The translations under genes and the position numbers were made by a program. The notes under the pieces were generated by a model. The model did not search any database. It was not told the origin of the DNA and saw only the letters and a program-made list of their open reading frames with translations. This document shows positions 8,760 through 16,706 of a stretch of DNA of 16,706 nucleotides, piece by piece; positions within the stretch are counted from its first letter, which is position 1; every line of letters begins with the position of its first letter. Source of the DNA: PVC group bacterium (GTDB taxonomy: Bacteria > Auribacterota > Erginobacteria > Erginobacterales > Erginobacteraceae); the NCBI GenBank assembly GCA_043804695.1, contig JAZDIV010000091.1:1-16706 (forward strand), given 5' to 3'.

Positions 8760-11700
8760 TTACTCAGTCAAAGCGGGTACCGCCTTCTCGGTCCGGACAT
8801 CCAGGCACAGGCTTCGCAGTTCCTTGATCAGGACATTGAACGACTCGGGAGTGCCCGCCTCCAGAGTATTGCTGCCCTTGACGATGGACTCATAGATCCT
8901 GGTCCGCCCCATGATGTCGTCGCTCTTCACCGTGAGCATCTCCTGGAGAGCGTACGCGGCGCCGTAGGCTTCCAGAGCCCAGACTTCCATCTCCCCGAAC
9001 CGCTGGCCGCCGAACTGAGCCTTCCCGCCCAGCGGCTGCTGGGTCACCAGGGAATACGGCCCGATCGCCCGAGCGTGGATCTTGGCGGCAACCAGGTGAT
9101 GGAGTTTCATCATGTAGATGTACCCGACCACAATCGGGGCTCCGAACGGCTCCCCGGTCCGGCCGTCGCAGAGAACCGTTTTCCCGCTTTCCGGCAGGTT
9201 CGCCATTTTCAACAGCTCGACGATCTCGTGTTCCTTGACGCCGTCAAAGACAGGGGTGGCGAAGGTCAGGCCGAGCACCCGGGCCGCCCATCCCAGATGG
9301 GTCTCCAGAACCTGGCCGACGTTCATCCGGGAAGGCACGCCCAGCGGATTGAGGACAATGTCTACCGGCGTGCCGTCGGCCATGAAGGGCAGGTCTTCCT
9401 CGGGGAGAATCTTGGCGATAACGCCCTTGTTCCCGTGCCGGCCGGCCATCTTGTCGCCCACGGACAGCTTTCTCTTGGTGGCGATATAGACCTGGACTTT
9501 CTTGATCACCCCCGGCTCCAGTTCATCCCCCCCCTTGATCTGTTCCAGTTCCTGATTCCGGTTCAGATCAAGTTCGTCCAGCTTGTCCTCGCTCTCCATC
9601 ACGATCTTTTTCAGCTGCTTGATCAGCGGGTCATCCCCCTCGATCTCGATATCCTGGAAATCGTGTTCTTCCAGTTTCTGGAGCATGCCCAAGGTGATCT
9701 TTTGGTGGTTGGGGATGATCACCAAACCGGTATCTTCAGCGATGATCGCGCCGTCGATCTTCTTCTTGTGGAGAAGGTTTCTTATCTTCTGCTGCCGTTT
9801 GCCCTTGATTTCCTGGATCTGCTGCTTGTAGCGGCGGTTGATGTCCCTGACCTGGGATTTTTCCGCCTGCTGCTCATCGGCCTCGTCGGAGGAATCTTTC
9901 CGGGAGAAGACCCGGACATCCATCACGATCCCCTCGACGCCGGACGCCGCCCGCAGGGAGGTGTCTTTGACGTCGGCGGCCTTCTCCCCGAAGATGGCCC
10001 GGAGCAGCCGTTCCTCGGGAAGCAGTTCCGTCTCGCTCTTGGGCGTGATCTTGCCGACCAGGATGTCCTTGGGCTTCACCTCGGCGCCGATCCGGATCAC
10101 CCCCTCGGCATCCAGATTCATCAGGGCTTCGTCGCCGATACCGGGGATATCCCGGGTTATCTCTTCCCGCCCCAGCTTGGTGTCGCGGGAACCGATCTCG
10201 TATTTCTCGATATGAATGGACGTGTAGGCATCTTCCTTGACCAGCCGTTCGTTGATGACGATCGCGTCTTCAAAGTTATAGCCCCGCCAGGGCATGAAGG
10301 CGACCAGGACATTTTTCCCCAGGGCCAGTTCTCCCCCGGCCGTCGCGGCGCCGTCGGCGATCACCTGGCCTTTCTTGACCTTCTGGCCGATCGTGACGAT
10401 CGGACGCTGGTTGTTGCAGGTGCCCGCATTGGAGCGGGCAAACTTCCGGAGATGATAGACGTGTTTATCGATCGTGATGCTGCCCGCGTCAACTTTCTTG
10501 ACGATGCCGTCTTCTTCGGCGATGAGAATAACCCGGCTGTCCCGGGCGACTTTCTTCTCCATTCCGGTGGCCACCAGGGGTGCCTCCGTGGTCAGAAGCG
10601 GGACGGCCTGCCGCTGCATGTTGGATCCCATCAGGGCCCGGTTGGCGTCGTCGTGTTCCAGAAACGGGATCAATCCAGCGGCCACGCTCACCAGCTGCTT
10701 GGGGGAAACGTCGACGAACTCGACGGTTTTGGGATCGGCCATCATCGTATCCCCGCCCTTCCTCACCTTGACCAGATCATCGATCATCCGGCCCTCTTCA
10801 TCCACGCGCACGTTGGCCTGGGCGATGACGTACTGCTCCTCTTCATCAGCCGTTAGGGATTTTATCCGGTTGGTTATCCTGCCGGCTTCAACTCTCCGGT
10901 AGGGCGTCACGAGAAAGCCCAGTTCATTCACGCGGGCGTAGGTGCTGAGCGATGCGATCAGTCCGATGTTCGGTCCTTCCGGCGATTCGATCGGGCAGAT
11001 CCGGCCGTAATGGCTGGGCTGGACGTCCCGGACCTCGAAGCCGGCGCGTTTGCGGGAAAGGCCGCCCGGACCGAGGGCGGTCAGGCGCCGCTTGTGGGCA
11101 AGCTCGGCCAGGGGATTGGTCTGGTCCATGAACTGAGAAAGCTGGGAACGGCCGAAGAAATCCCGGAAAACGCCGTTCATCGCCTTCGGATTGATGAGCT
11201 TGTGAGGGGTGAGGCTGTCTGAACTCACCTCATACACGCCCATCTTGTCTTTGACCATACGCTCCAGGCGGGCCAGCGCCATCCGGCATTGCTCCTCCAG
11301 AAGTTCCCCGACCATCGCGATCCGCCGCATCCCCAGGTGGTCGATATCGTCGATCGCGGCCCCCGGGTCGCCGGCGTTAAGCTCCATCAAGTATTTAAGG
11401 GCCAGGGCGATATCCTTCTTGCGCAGGGTGACTTTCTTCAGCTCTTCCCGGTTGGTCGGCAGCCTGAATTTCTGGTTGATCTTGAACCTGCCCACCGCCC
11501 CCAGATCAAACCGCCGGCGATCGAAAAATTTCCGGTCGATCAGACTGCTGGCCTTCGCTTCCGTGGGAGGATCGCCCGGGCGCAGCTTTTTATAAATATG
11601 TTTCTCGGCCTCTTTCTTGCTCTTGGTCGGATCGATCCGCAGCATACTGACCAGATATTCAACACAGGGGTTCGGCTTGAAGACCTCGACCTGCTTGATC

Positions 11701-12518
11701 TTGGCCTTCTTGAGGATGTCCATCTCCTCTTCATCGATCCGGGCATAGGCCTTGATCAATATGGTATCCTGTTGATCGACCACCGGGGAACTCAGGAAAC
11801 GGCCCTCGAGGGCATTCATCCGGGCGGATTTGCCGAGCGAAACTTCCTCCACGTCGGTGAAAAGCTTGATGATGGCCTTATCGGTTCCATAGCCGAGCGC
11901 CCGGAGCAGTGTCGTCGCCAGCAGCTTGCGGCGCGTCCGCTTCTTGTCCAGATAAAAGTGGATCTGTCCTTTCCGGTTGAACTCCGCCTCCAGCCAGGAT
12001 CCCCGGTTGGGGATGATCCGGAACATGAAAAGCCGCGTACTGCCGGACCGTTTGATCTGCTCGAAGCATATCCCCGGCGTCCGGTGCAGCTGGCTGACGA
12101 TCACCCGCTCGGCGCCATTGATGATGAATGACCCCTGGGGAGTCATCCGAGGGAGGTTACCGACGAAAACGGTCTCTTCCTTGACCCAGTCGTTCCGTTT
12201 CAGGCGCAGAACCAGCCGGAGCGGAGCGGCGTAGGTCAGCCCCCGATTCTGGCACTCGTCGATCCCGTACTTCGGGGCTCCCAGGCTGTAGCTGACAAAT
12301 TCAAGACAGGTATTGCCGTCATAGCTGTAAACCGGGAAGATTTCTTCCAAAACCCCCTGCAGTCCGTGAGGCTGCCGGGGAGCGGGCGAAACGTTCTCCT
12401 GCAGGAATTCATCGTAAGATTTGTTCTGGATCTCCAGGAAATCCGGCATCGGCACGGAATCGGGGAGCCGGGAAAAACTGTTGCGGACATTCTTTCGTAA
12501 ATTGGAGATGGGATTCAT
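8760..12518 (-). CDS. rpoB: DNA-directed RNA polymerase beta subunit
   Basis: [77 protein letters not shown]; 1252 aa. Confidence 0.99.
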   Translation of the reverse strand: MNPISNLRKNVRNSFSRLPDSVPMPDFLEIQNKSYDEFLQENVSPAPRQPHGLQGVLEEIFPVYSYDGNTCLEFVSYSLGAPKYGIDECQNRGLTYAAPLRLVLRLKRNDWVKEETVFVGNLPRMTPQGSFIINGAERVIVSQLHRTPGICFEQIKRSGSTRLFMFRIIPNRGSWLEAEFNRKGQIHFYLDKKRTRRKLLATTLLRALGYGTDKAIIKLFTDVEEVSLGKSARMNALEGRFLSSPVVDQQDTILIKAYARIDEEEMDILKKAKIKQVEVFKPNPCVEYLVSMLRIDPTKSKKEAEKHIYKKLRPGDPPTEAKASSLIDRKFFDRRRFDLGAVGRFKINQKFRLPTNREELKKVTLRKKDIALALKYLMELNAGDPGAAIDDIDHLGMRRIAMVGELLEEQCRMALARLERMVKDKMGVYEVSSDSLTPHKLINPKAMNGVFRDFFGRSQLSQFMDQTNPLAELAHKRRLTALGPGGLSRKRAGFEVRDVQPSHYGRICPIESPEGPNIGLIASLSTYARVNELGFLVTPYRRVEAGRITNRIKSLTADEEEQYVIAQANVRVDEEGRMIDDLVKVRKGGDTMMADPKTVEFVDVSPKQLVSVAAGLIPFLEHDDANRALMGSNMQRQAVPLLTTEAPLVATGMEKKVARDSRVILIAEEDGIVKKVDAGSITIDKHVYHLRKFARSNAGTCNNQRPIVTIGQKVKKGQVIADGAATAGGELALGKNVLVAFMPWRGYNFEDAIVINERLVKEDAYTSIHIEKYEIGSRDTKLGREEITRDIPGIGDEALMNLDAEGVIRIGAEVKPKDILVGKITPKSETELLPEERLLRAIFGEKAADVKDTSLRAASGVEGIVMDVRVFSRKDSSDEADEQQAEKSQVRDINRRYKQQIQEIKGKRQQKIRNLLHKKKIDGAIIAEDTGLVIIPNHQKITLGMLQKLEEHDFQDIEIEGDDPLIKQLKKIVMESEDKLDELDLNRNQELEQIKGGDELEPGVIKKVQVYIATKRKLSVGDKMAGRHGNKGVIAKILPEEDLPFMADGTPVDIVLNPLGVPSRMNVGQVLETHLGWAARVLGLTFATPVFDGVKEHEIVELLKMANLPESGKTVLCDGRTGEPFGAPIVVGYIYMMKLHHLVAAKIHARAIGPYSLVTQQPLGGKAQFGGQRFGEMEVWALEAYGAAYALQEMLTVKSDDIMGRTRIYESIVKGSNTLEAGTPESFNVLIKELRSLCLDVRTEKAVPALTE

Positions 12519-12602
12519 ACTCTCTCCTTAATCTGAATTATCGGGAACATTTTCAATGCTCCTAATAACTCAGATCTTTTAATCTTCGTCATTGTTCAAA
12601 AC

Positions 12603-12650
12603 TATCCCGATCCCCGGCTGCCTGTTAACAGGCAGCCGGGGATCGGGATA
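12603..12650. repeat. Perfect 48-bp palindrome with no spacer
   Basis: TATCCCGATCCCCGGCTGCCTGTT|AACAGGCAGCCGGGGATCGGGATA. Confidence 0.95.
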
Positions 12651-12791
12651 ACAGGCAGCTGCCGAAACCGGGCCGGCGGACTCGCCTGCCCATTCCGGCA
12701 TTCATCTGCGGGCCCGTTACACGCCCGGGAATCTCTCCCGCAGTCGGCATTGATTTTTCAGCATCATCTGACGGTCATCGCGAGATCACAC

Positions 12792-12832
12792 CTCCGTTCC
12801 CGGAGGGAAACGGAGAATCGGGGGACCGATTC
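12792..12832. repeat. Two adjacent hairpins just downstream of the rplL stop
   Basis: CTCCGTTCCC-GGA-GGGAAACGGAG (one bulge) and GAATCGG-GGGA-CCGATTC. Confidence 0.65.
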
Positions 12833-12836
12833 GATA

Positions 12837-13304
12837 CTACTTCAGCTCTACGGTCGCGCCGGCGCTTTCCAGCTTCGCCTTGATCGCCTCGGCTTCTTCT
12901 TTGCTCACGTTCTCTTTCACGGCGCCCGGAGCGGACTCCACCAGGTCCTTGGCTTCCTTGAGGCCGAGATCGGTCACCGCTCTTACCTCCTTGATGACCT
13001 GGATCTTCTTGGCCCCGATGGCGGTCAGCATCACGGTAAACTCGGTCTTCTCTTCCTGGGCCGGGGCGGCGGCCTGCCCGGGAAGGGCGAGCGCCGCCAC
13101 CGGGGCGGCTGCCGTCACGCCGAAGGTCTTTTCCAGAGCCTTCACCAGCTCGGAGAGCTCGAGCACCGTCAGCGCCGATATCTGGTCGATGATCTTCTGC
13201 AGTTTCGAGAAAACGGCCCCGTCGGCTTTGACGCCGTCCGCCGGTTTCTCCCCGTCCGTTTCCTTCTGCTCCTGAATGGTCTGCTCCATAACTTCTTCTG
13301 CCAT
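12837..13304 (-). CDS. rplL: 50S ribosomal protein L7/L12 with acidic N-terminal extension
   Basis: [46 protein letters not shown]. Start moved from 13343 to ATG 13304, which has SD AAGGAGG; 155 aa. Confidence 0.97.
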   Translation of the reverse strand: MAEEVMEQTIQEQKETDGEKPADGVKADGAVFSKLQKIIDQISALTVLELSELVKALEKTFGVTAAAPVAALALPGQAAAPAQEEKTEFTVMLTAIGAKKIQVIKEVRAVTDLGLKEAKDLVESAPGAVKENVSKEEAEAIKAKLESAGATVELK

Positions 13305-13316
13305 TGCTTCCTCCTT

Positions 13317-13349
13317 TATAAAATGAACGGCAACGCCGTTCATTTTATA
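13317..13349. repeat. 15-bp perfect hairpin abutting the rplL SD
   Basis: TATAAAATGAACGGC-AAC-GCCGTTCATTTTATA. Confidence 0.9.
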
Positions 13350-13386
13350 TTGATCACTTACTCAATTTATAATTATTCTAACGCGA

Positions 13387-13902
13387 TTACGACGATCGCC
13401 GGTCATGAATTGCCTGGATTGTCCTCACCAGACCGGAGACGGCGGCGTTCAGCACGCCGACCAGGCCGCTCACGGGGGCCTGGATCCCGGCCAATACCCG
13501 GGAGAGAAGCTCGTCTCTCGATGGTAATACCGCCAGTTTTTTCAGATCGCTGCCGTCGAAAAACGTGCCCAGCCAGAAAGCTCCTTTGAGGCGGGGGGAT
13601 CCCACTTCCTCTTCGTACTTGATGATCATTCTCAGCAGTGGCGGCAGTTCCCGGTCGGTGATGACAACCGCGGTCTGCCCCTGAAAGCAGGGATCGAGAG
13701 ATTCCATGCCGATGTCTTTGAGAATTCGCTTGATAATACGGTTCTTCACCACCAGGCAATCGGCGTCCTGGCGGGCCAGATCGCTCCGGAGCCGGTTGAA
13801 TGTCTCCGATGACAGGCCCCGGTATTCGGTCACCACCACCCCGCGGCCGGCCCGGATCCGATTGGCGTACTCTCTTTTTATGAATTCTTTTTCCGGTCTC
13901 AT
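13387..13902 (-). CDS. rplJ: 50S ribosomal protein L10
   Basis: MRPEK, EYRGLS, VVKNRI, LAVLPSRDELL; position between rplA and rplL. Confidence 0.96.
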   Translation of the reverse strand: MRPEKEFIKREYANRIRAGRGVVVTEYRGLSSETFNRLRSDLARQDADCLVVKNRIIKRILKDIGMESLDPCFQGQTAVVITDRELPPLLRMIIKYEEEVGSPRLKGAFWLGTFFDGSDLKKLAVLPSRDELLSRVLAGIQAPVSGLVGVLNAAVSGLVRTIQAIHDRRSS

Positions 13903-13944
13903 ATATAAATTTCGAAGAAAAAATAAGAATTTCGAAGCAGTATA

Positions 13945-14655
13945 TTATTCCGATTTAGCCGCCGCGGCCAGCACCAGGGGATCCAGCCACACGGACGGGC
14001 TCATGGTGGTGCAGAGAACGACTTTTTTGATGTACTTGCCCTTGACGGCGGGCGGGCGGAGCCGGTCGATCTCCTGCGTCAGGCAGATGATGTTCTCTAT
14101 CAGCTGTTCCGGCGTGAAGGATATCTTGCCCACGGCTACCTGGACATCTCCGTACTTGTTGACCTTGAACTCTATCTTGCCCGCCTTCAGCTCGCTGATG
14201 GCCCGGGGAATGTCTTCGGTCACGGTTCCCGCCTTCGGGCTGGGCATCAGTCCGCGCGGCCCCAGGATCTTGCCCAGCGGGCTGATCTCCCGCATCATGG
14301 ATTTCTCCGCCACCGCGACATCGAAATCCAGCCAGCCGCCCTTGATTTTCTCAACCAGGTCTCCCGATCCCGCGTAGTCGGCGCCGGCCTCCAGGGCTTC
14401 TTTTTCCTGCTCGGGCTTACAGAAAGCCAGCAACCTGATTGTCTTGCCGGTGCCGTGGGGAAGAGAAACCGTCCCCCGGATCATCTGATCCGAGCGCTTG
14501 GGGTCGATCCCCAGGCTGGCCACGAACTCGACGGTCTCATTGAAACGGGCGAAGACCATCTCTTTCAAGAGCTTTACGGCTTCTTCCAGCGTGTACAGCC
14601 GGGACGGTTCGATGCGCTCCCGGGCGCTCCGGTATTTTTTACCTGGTTTCCCCAT
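13945..14655 (-). CDS. rplA: 50S ribosomal protein L1
   Basis: FNETVE, DQMIRGTVSLPHGTGK, LGKILGPRGLMPSPKAGTVT. Confidence 0.99.
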   Translation of the reverse strand: MGKPGKKYRSARERIEPSRLYTLEEAVKLLKEMVFARFNETVEFVASLGIDPKRSDQMIRGTVSLPHGTGKTIRLLAFCKPEQEKEALEAGADYAGSGDLVEKIKGGWLDFDVAVAEKSMMREISPLGKILGPRGLMPSPKAGTVTEDIPRAISELKAGKIEFKVNKYGDVQVAVGKISFTPEQLIENIICLTQEIDRLRPPAVKGKYIKKVVLCTTMSPSVWLDPLVLAAAAKSE

Positions 14656-14763
14656 ATTAATTAGCGCCTCCGGCGCTACTTAATAAAGATTATATTATTT
14701 GATTAGCGCCCCCGATTTCATCCCGATTAAGGCTTCGGGACGGAGGCGGGGTAGCCTGTGGCG

Positions 14764-15189
14764 CTAATCTACTATGTCGATGCCCATGGACCGGGCGGTG
14801 CCGATGATAATCCGTTCCGCGGCTTCTTCTGAATCCGTGTTCAGGTCGACGATTTTCTGCCGGGCGATTTCCCGGACCTGTGCCCTGGTCACCGTCCCCA
14901 CCTTTTCCCGGTTGGGAACCCCTGACGCCACCGCCACTCCCGCCGCCCGTTTCAGGAGATTGGCGGCCGGCGGCGTCTTGGTGATGAATGTGAATGTGCG
15001 GTCGCTGTGGACGGTGATCACGACCGGGATGACAAACCCGCCCTTGTCCTTGGTCTCCGCGTTGAAGGCGTTGCAGAACTCCATGATGTTGACACCGTGA
15101 GCTCCCAAGGCCGGCCCGACCGGCGGCGCCGGATTGGCCTGCCCGGCCGGGATTTGAAGCTTGATCGTTGCTATCACTGGTTTGGCCAT
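14764..15189 (-). CDS. rplK: 50S ribosomal protein L11
   Basis: [38 protein letters not shown]. Likely start ATG 15189 (MAKPV) overlaps the nusG stop as TGATG. Confidence 0.98.
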   Translation of the reverse strand: MAKPVIATIKLQIPAGQANPAPPVGPALGAHGVNIMEFCNAFNAETKDKGGFVIPVVITVHSDRTFTFITKTPPAANLLKRAAGVAVASGVPNREKVGTVTRAQVREIARQKIVDLNTDSEEAAERIIIGTARSMGIDIVD

Positions 15190-15719
15190 CAGCTTTTCTC
15201 CACCTGCCAATACTCCAGTTCAACCGGGGTTTCCCTCCCGAAGATGGACACCCTGACCGTCATCTTTCCCTTATCGGGATCGACGTTCTCCACCAGCCCG
15301 GTCATGCTGGCGAAGGGACCGTCGGTGATTTTTACCGCTTCTCCGGTGGTAAAGAGCACCTTCGGCTTCACCTTTTCCTTCTTTTCTTCAATCTGGGAGA
15401 GGACGGCGGCGATCTCGCTTTCCGCGACCGGGTACGGCGGCATCCTGGTCCCGATAAAGCCGATTACGCCCGAGGTTTCGTTGATCGCGTAAAAAGTCCT
15501 GTCCATGTATTCCATCTTGATAAAGACGTACCCGGGCCAGAACTTGCGGTGACTGATGATCTTCTTCCCGCCCTTGACTTCGGAGACCTTCTCGTAGGGG
15601 ATCATCACCCGGGAGATCTTTTCTTCCAGGTTATCCAGGGCAATCCTCCGCTCCAGGGCCTCTTTCACCTTCTGCTCCTGTCCGGAGAGCGTGTGAATGA
15701 CATACCATTGATGGCTCAT
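15189..15719 (-). CDS. nusG: Transcription termination/antitermination factor NusG
   Basis: [23 protein letters not shown] motif [23 protein letters not shown]. Confidence 0.99.
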   Translation of the reverse strand: MSHQWYVIHTLSGQEQKVKEALERRIALDNLEEKISRVMIPYEKVSEVKGGKKIISHRKFWPGYVFIKMEYMDRTFYAINETSGVIGFIGTRMPPYPVAESEIAAVLSQIEEKKEKVKPKVLFTTGEAVKITDGPFASMTGLVENVDPDKGKMTVRVSIFGRETPVELEYWQVEKS

Positions 15720-15722
15720 GGC

Positions 15723-15905
15723 TCAACCTAATAAAGCGTTAATCAGATGGGACAACAGGAAATCGATCAGGCCGATAAAGGCAGCGAGAAGGAACGAGGT
15801 GGCCAGCACTACCTTGGTGGAGTCGATCAACTCCTTGCGGGTGGGCCAGTTCACCTTCTTCAGTTCGGCCCGCGCTTCCCTGATGAACTTAATGATCTTA
15901 TTCAT
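15723..15905 (-). CDS. secE: Preprotein translocase subunit SecE (single-TM type)
   Basis: ELKKVNWPTRKE motif followed by one hydrophobic segment; between tRNA-Trp and nusG. Confidence 0.97.
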   Translation of the reverse strand: MNKIIKFIREARAELKKVNWPTRKELIDSTKVVLATSFLLAAFIGLIDFLLSHLINALLG

Positions 15906-15942
15906 TTATAAATTAGCTCGCTCCGCTCGCTACTTTATATCG

Positions 15943-15969
15943 GCTCCCCGATTGAATCAATCGGGGAGC
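15943..15969. repeat. 12-bp hairpin with CCCGAT/ATCGGG core
   Basis: GCTCCCCGATTG-AAT-CAATCGGGGAGC. Confidence 0.8.
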
Positions 15970-16083
15970 TGTTGGTTAAACTGAAATATTTTCATCGAGG
16001 CAACGCTGTCAAACGGCCTTATAACCTCAGCCGATATTTGCCTCATGGAATATAATTTATCCGTCGAATAAATGCCTTTTAAC

Positions 16084-16110
16084 TATTATTTTTGCGAAGC
16101 AAAAATAATA
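16084..16110. repeat. 12-bp perfect hairpin with GCGAAGC core, just 3' of tRNA-Trp
   Basis: TATTATTTTTGC-GAA-GCAAAAATAATA. Confidence 0.85.
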
Positions 16111-16113
16111 TAA

Positions 16114-16188
16114 CAGGCCAGGAGGGACTCGAACCCCCAACTTCCGGTTTTGGAGACCGGCACTCTAACCAATTAGAGTTACTGGCCT
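16114..16188 (-). tRNA. tRNA-Trp (anticodon CCA); 3' CCA end not encoded
   Basis: Minus strand folds as a cloverleaf: acceptor AGGCCAG/CTGGCCT + G, D stem ACTC/GAGT, anticodon arm CCGGT-CTCCAAA-ACCGG, T loop TTCGAGT; canonical position before secE. Confidence 0.97.
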
Positions 16189-16213
16189 AAAATTTTTACG
16201 GCGTAAAAATTTT
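16189..16213. repeat. 11-bp AT-rich hairpin directly 5' of tRNA-Trp
   Basis: AAAATTTTTAC-GGC-GTAAAAATTTT. Confidence 0.8.
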
Positions 16214-16265
16214 ATCATCGAAGCCGGGGCGCCGAACGATCCGGGCCGGCAGAACCAGCTGTCTC

Positions 16266-16412
16266 TTACTTGGTTTGTTTATGCTCGGTGTGCTTACGGC
16301 AAAACCGGCAGTATTTCTTCAGGGACAGCTTCCCCGCCGACTTGTTGTAAAAGAACGTGTAGTTCCTCCGCTTGCATTCACCGCACGCCAAAATGATATG
16401 TTCCCGGGGCAT
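16266..16412 (-). CDS. rpmG: 50S ribosomal protein L33, zinc-binding (C+) form, 48 aa
   Basis: Manual translation [48 protein letters not shown]; two CxxC motifs; absent from the ORF track, presumably because it is short. Confidence 0.97.
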   Translation of the reverse strand: MPREHIILACGECKRRNYTFFYNKSAGKLSLKKYCRFCRKHTEHKQTK

Positions 16413-16433
16413 TCTGTCTCGCTCCGCTCAACG

Positions 16434-16512
16434 GTGTAAAGTTGAAAGAGTAAGGTATAAAGACGCCGAATACGGCGGCGCCTTTCCACTTTCCACTTTA
16501 CACATTACACTT
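16434..16512. repeat. Imperfect foldback of heptamer arrays between tuf and rpmG
   Basis: GTGTAAA GTTGAAA GAGTAAG GTATAAA ... CGCCG-AATA-CGGCG ... CTTTCCA CTTTCCA CTTTACA CATTACA. Confidence 0.7.
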
Positions 16513-16706
16513 ATTCAATGATCTCGGTTACGGTTCCGGCGCCGACGGTGTGGCCGCCCTCCCGAATGGCGAACCGCAGGCCCTTCTCCATCGCGATCGG
16601 CGTGATCAGTTCCACCGTCATCGCCACGTTGTCCCCCGGCATCACCATCTCCACGCCCTCCGGCAGCTGTACCGTCCCCGTCACGTCCGTCGTCCGGAAG
16701 TAAAAC
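16511..16706 (-). CDS. tuf: Elongation factor Tu, C-terminal part of a second copy (runs off the window end)
   Basis: Manual translation [26 protein letters not shown]...[26 protein letters not shown]. Confidence 0.98.
   Translation of the reverse strand, partial: FYFRTTDVTGTVQLPEGVEMVMPGDNVAMTVELITPIAMEKGLRFAIREGGHTVGAGTVTEIIE

Noticed and set aside
973..12131. Long plus-strand ORFs (582, 701, 457, 719, 280 aa and others)
   Set aside because: They are antisense shadows of fusA, rpoC and rpoB, expected from GC-rich codon bias, with no recognisable domains.
13305..13343. rplL start at 13343 as in the ORF track
   Set aside because: That ATG lies inside a hairpin and has no SD; ATG 13304 has AAGGAGG at normal spacing.
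15190..15210. rplK start at 15210
   Set aside because: It lies within nusG; ATG 15189 gives the typical MAK start and a TGATG overlap.
16518..16703. 61-aa plus-strand ORF
   Set aside because: Antisense shadow of the tuf C-terminus.

Overview
Core bacterial transcription/translation supercluster, all on the minus strand. In transcription order: tuf (3' end, partial), rpmG, tRNA-Trp(CCA), secE, nusG, rplK, rplA, rplJ, rplL, rpoB, rpoC, rpsL, rpsG, fusA, tuf (5' end, partial). RNA polymerase signatures (Rpo[28 protein letters not shown], Rpo[17 protein letters not shown]) suggest a PVC-superphylum-like organism; this is inference from recalled sequences. There are no accessory genes. The unusual content is (i) intergenic DNA full of palindromes, including a 28-bp inverted repeat that would cover the tuf ribosome-binding site, a spacerless 48-bp palindrome before rpoB, a REP doublet, 6/7/8-mer periodic elements, and a hairpin+AUUUAUAA module before several start codons; and (ii) protein oddities: a ~140-aa insert in RpoC, an N-terminally extended L7/L12, an EF-G2-like fusA, and substitutions in conserved RNAP motifs. 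All alignments and counts were done by eye; no database searches were run.
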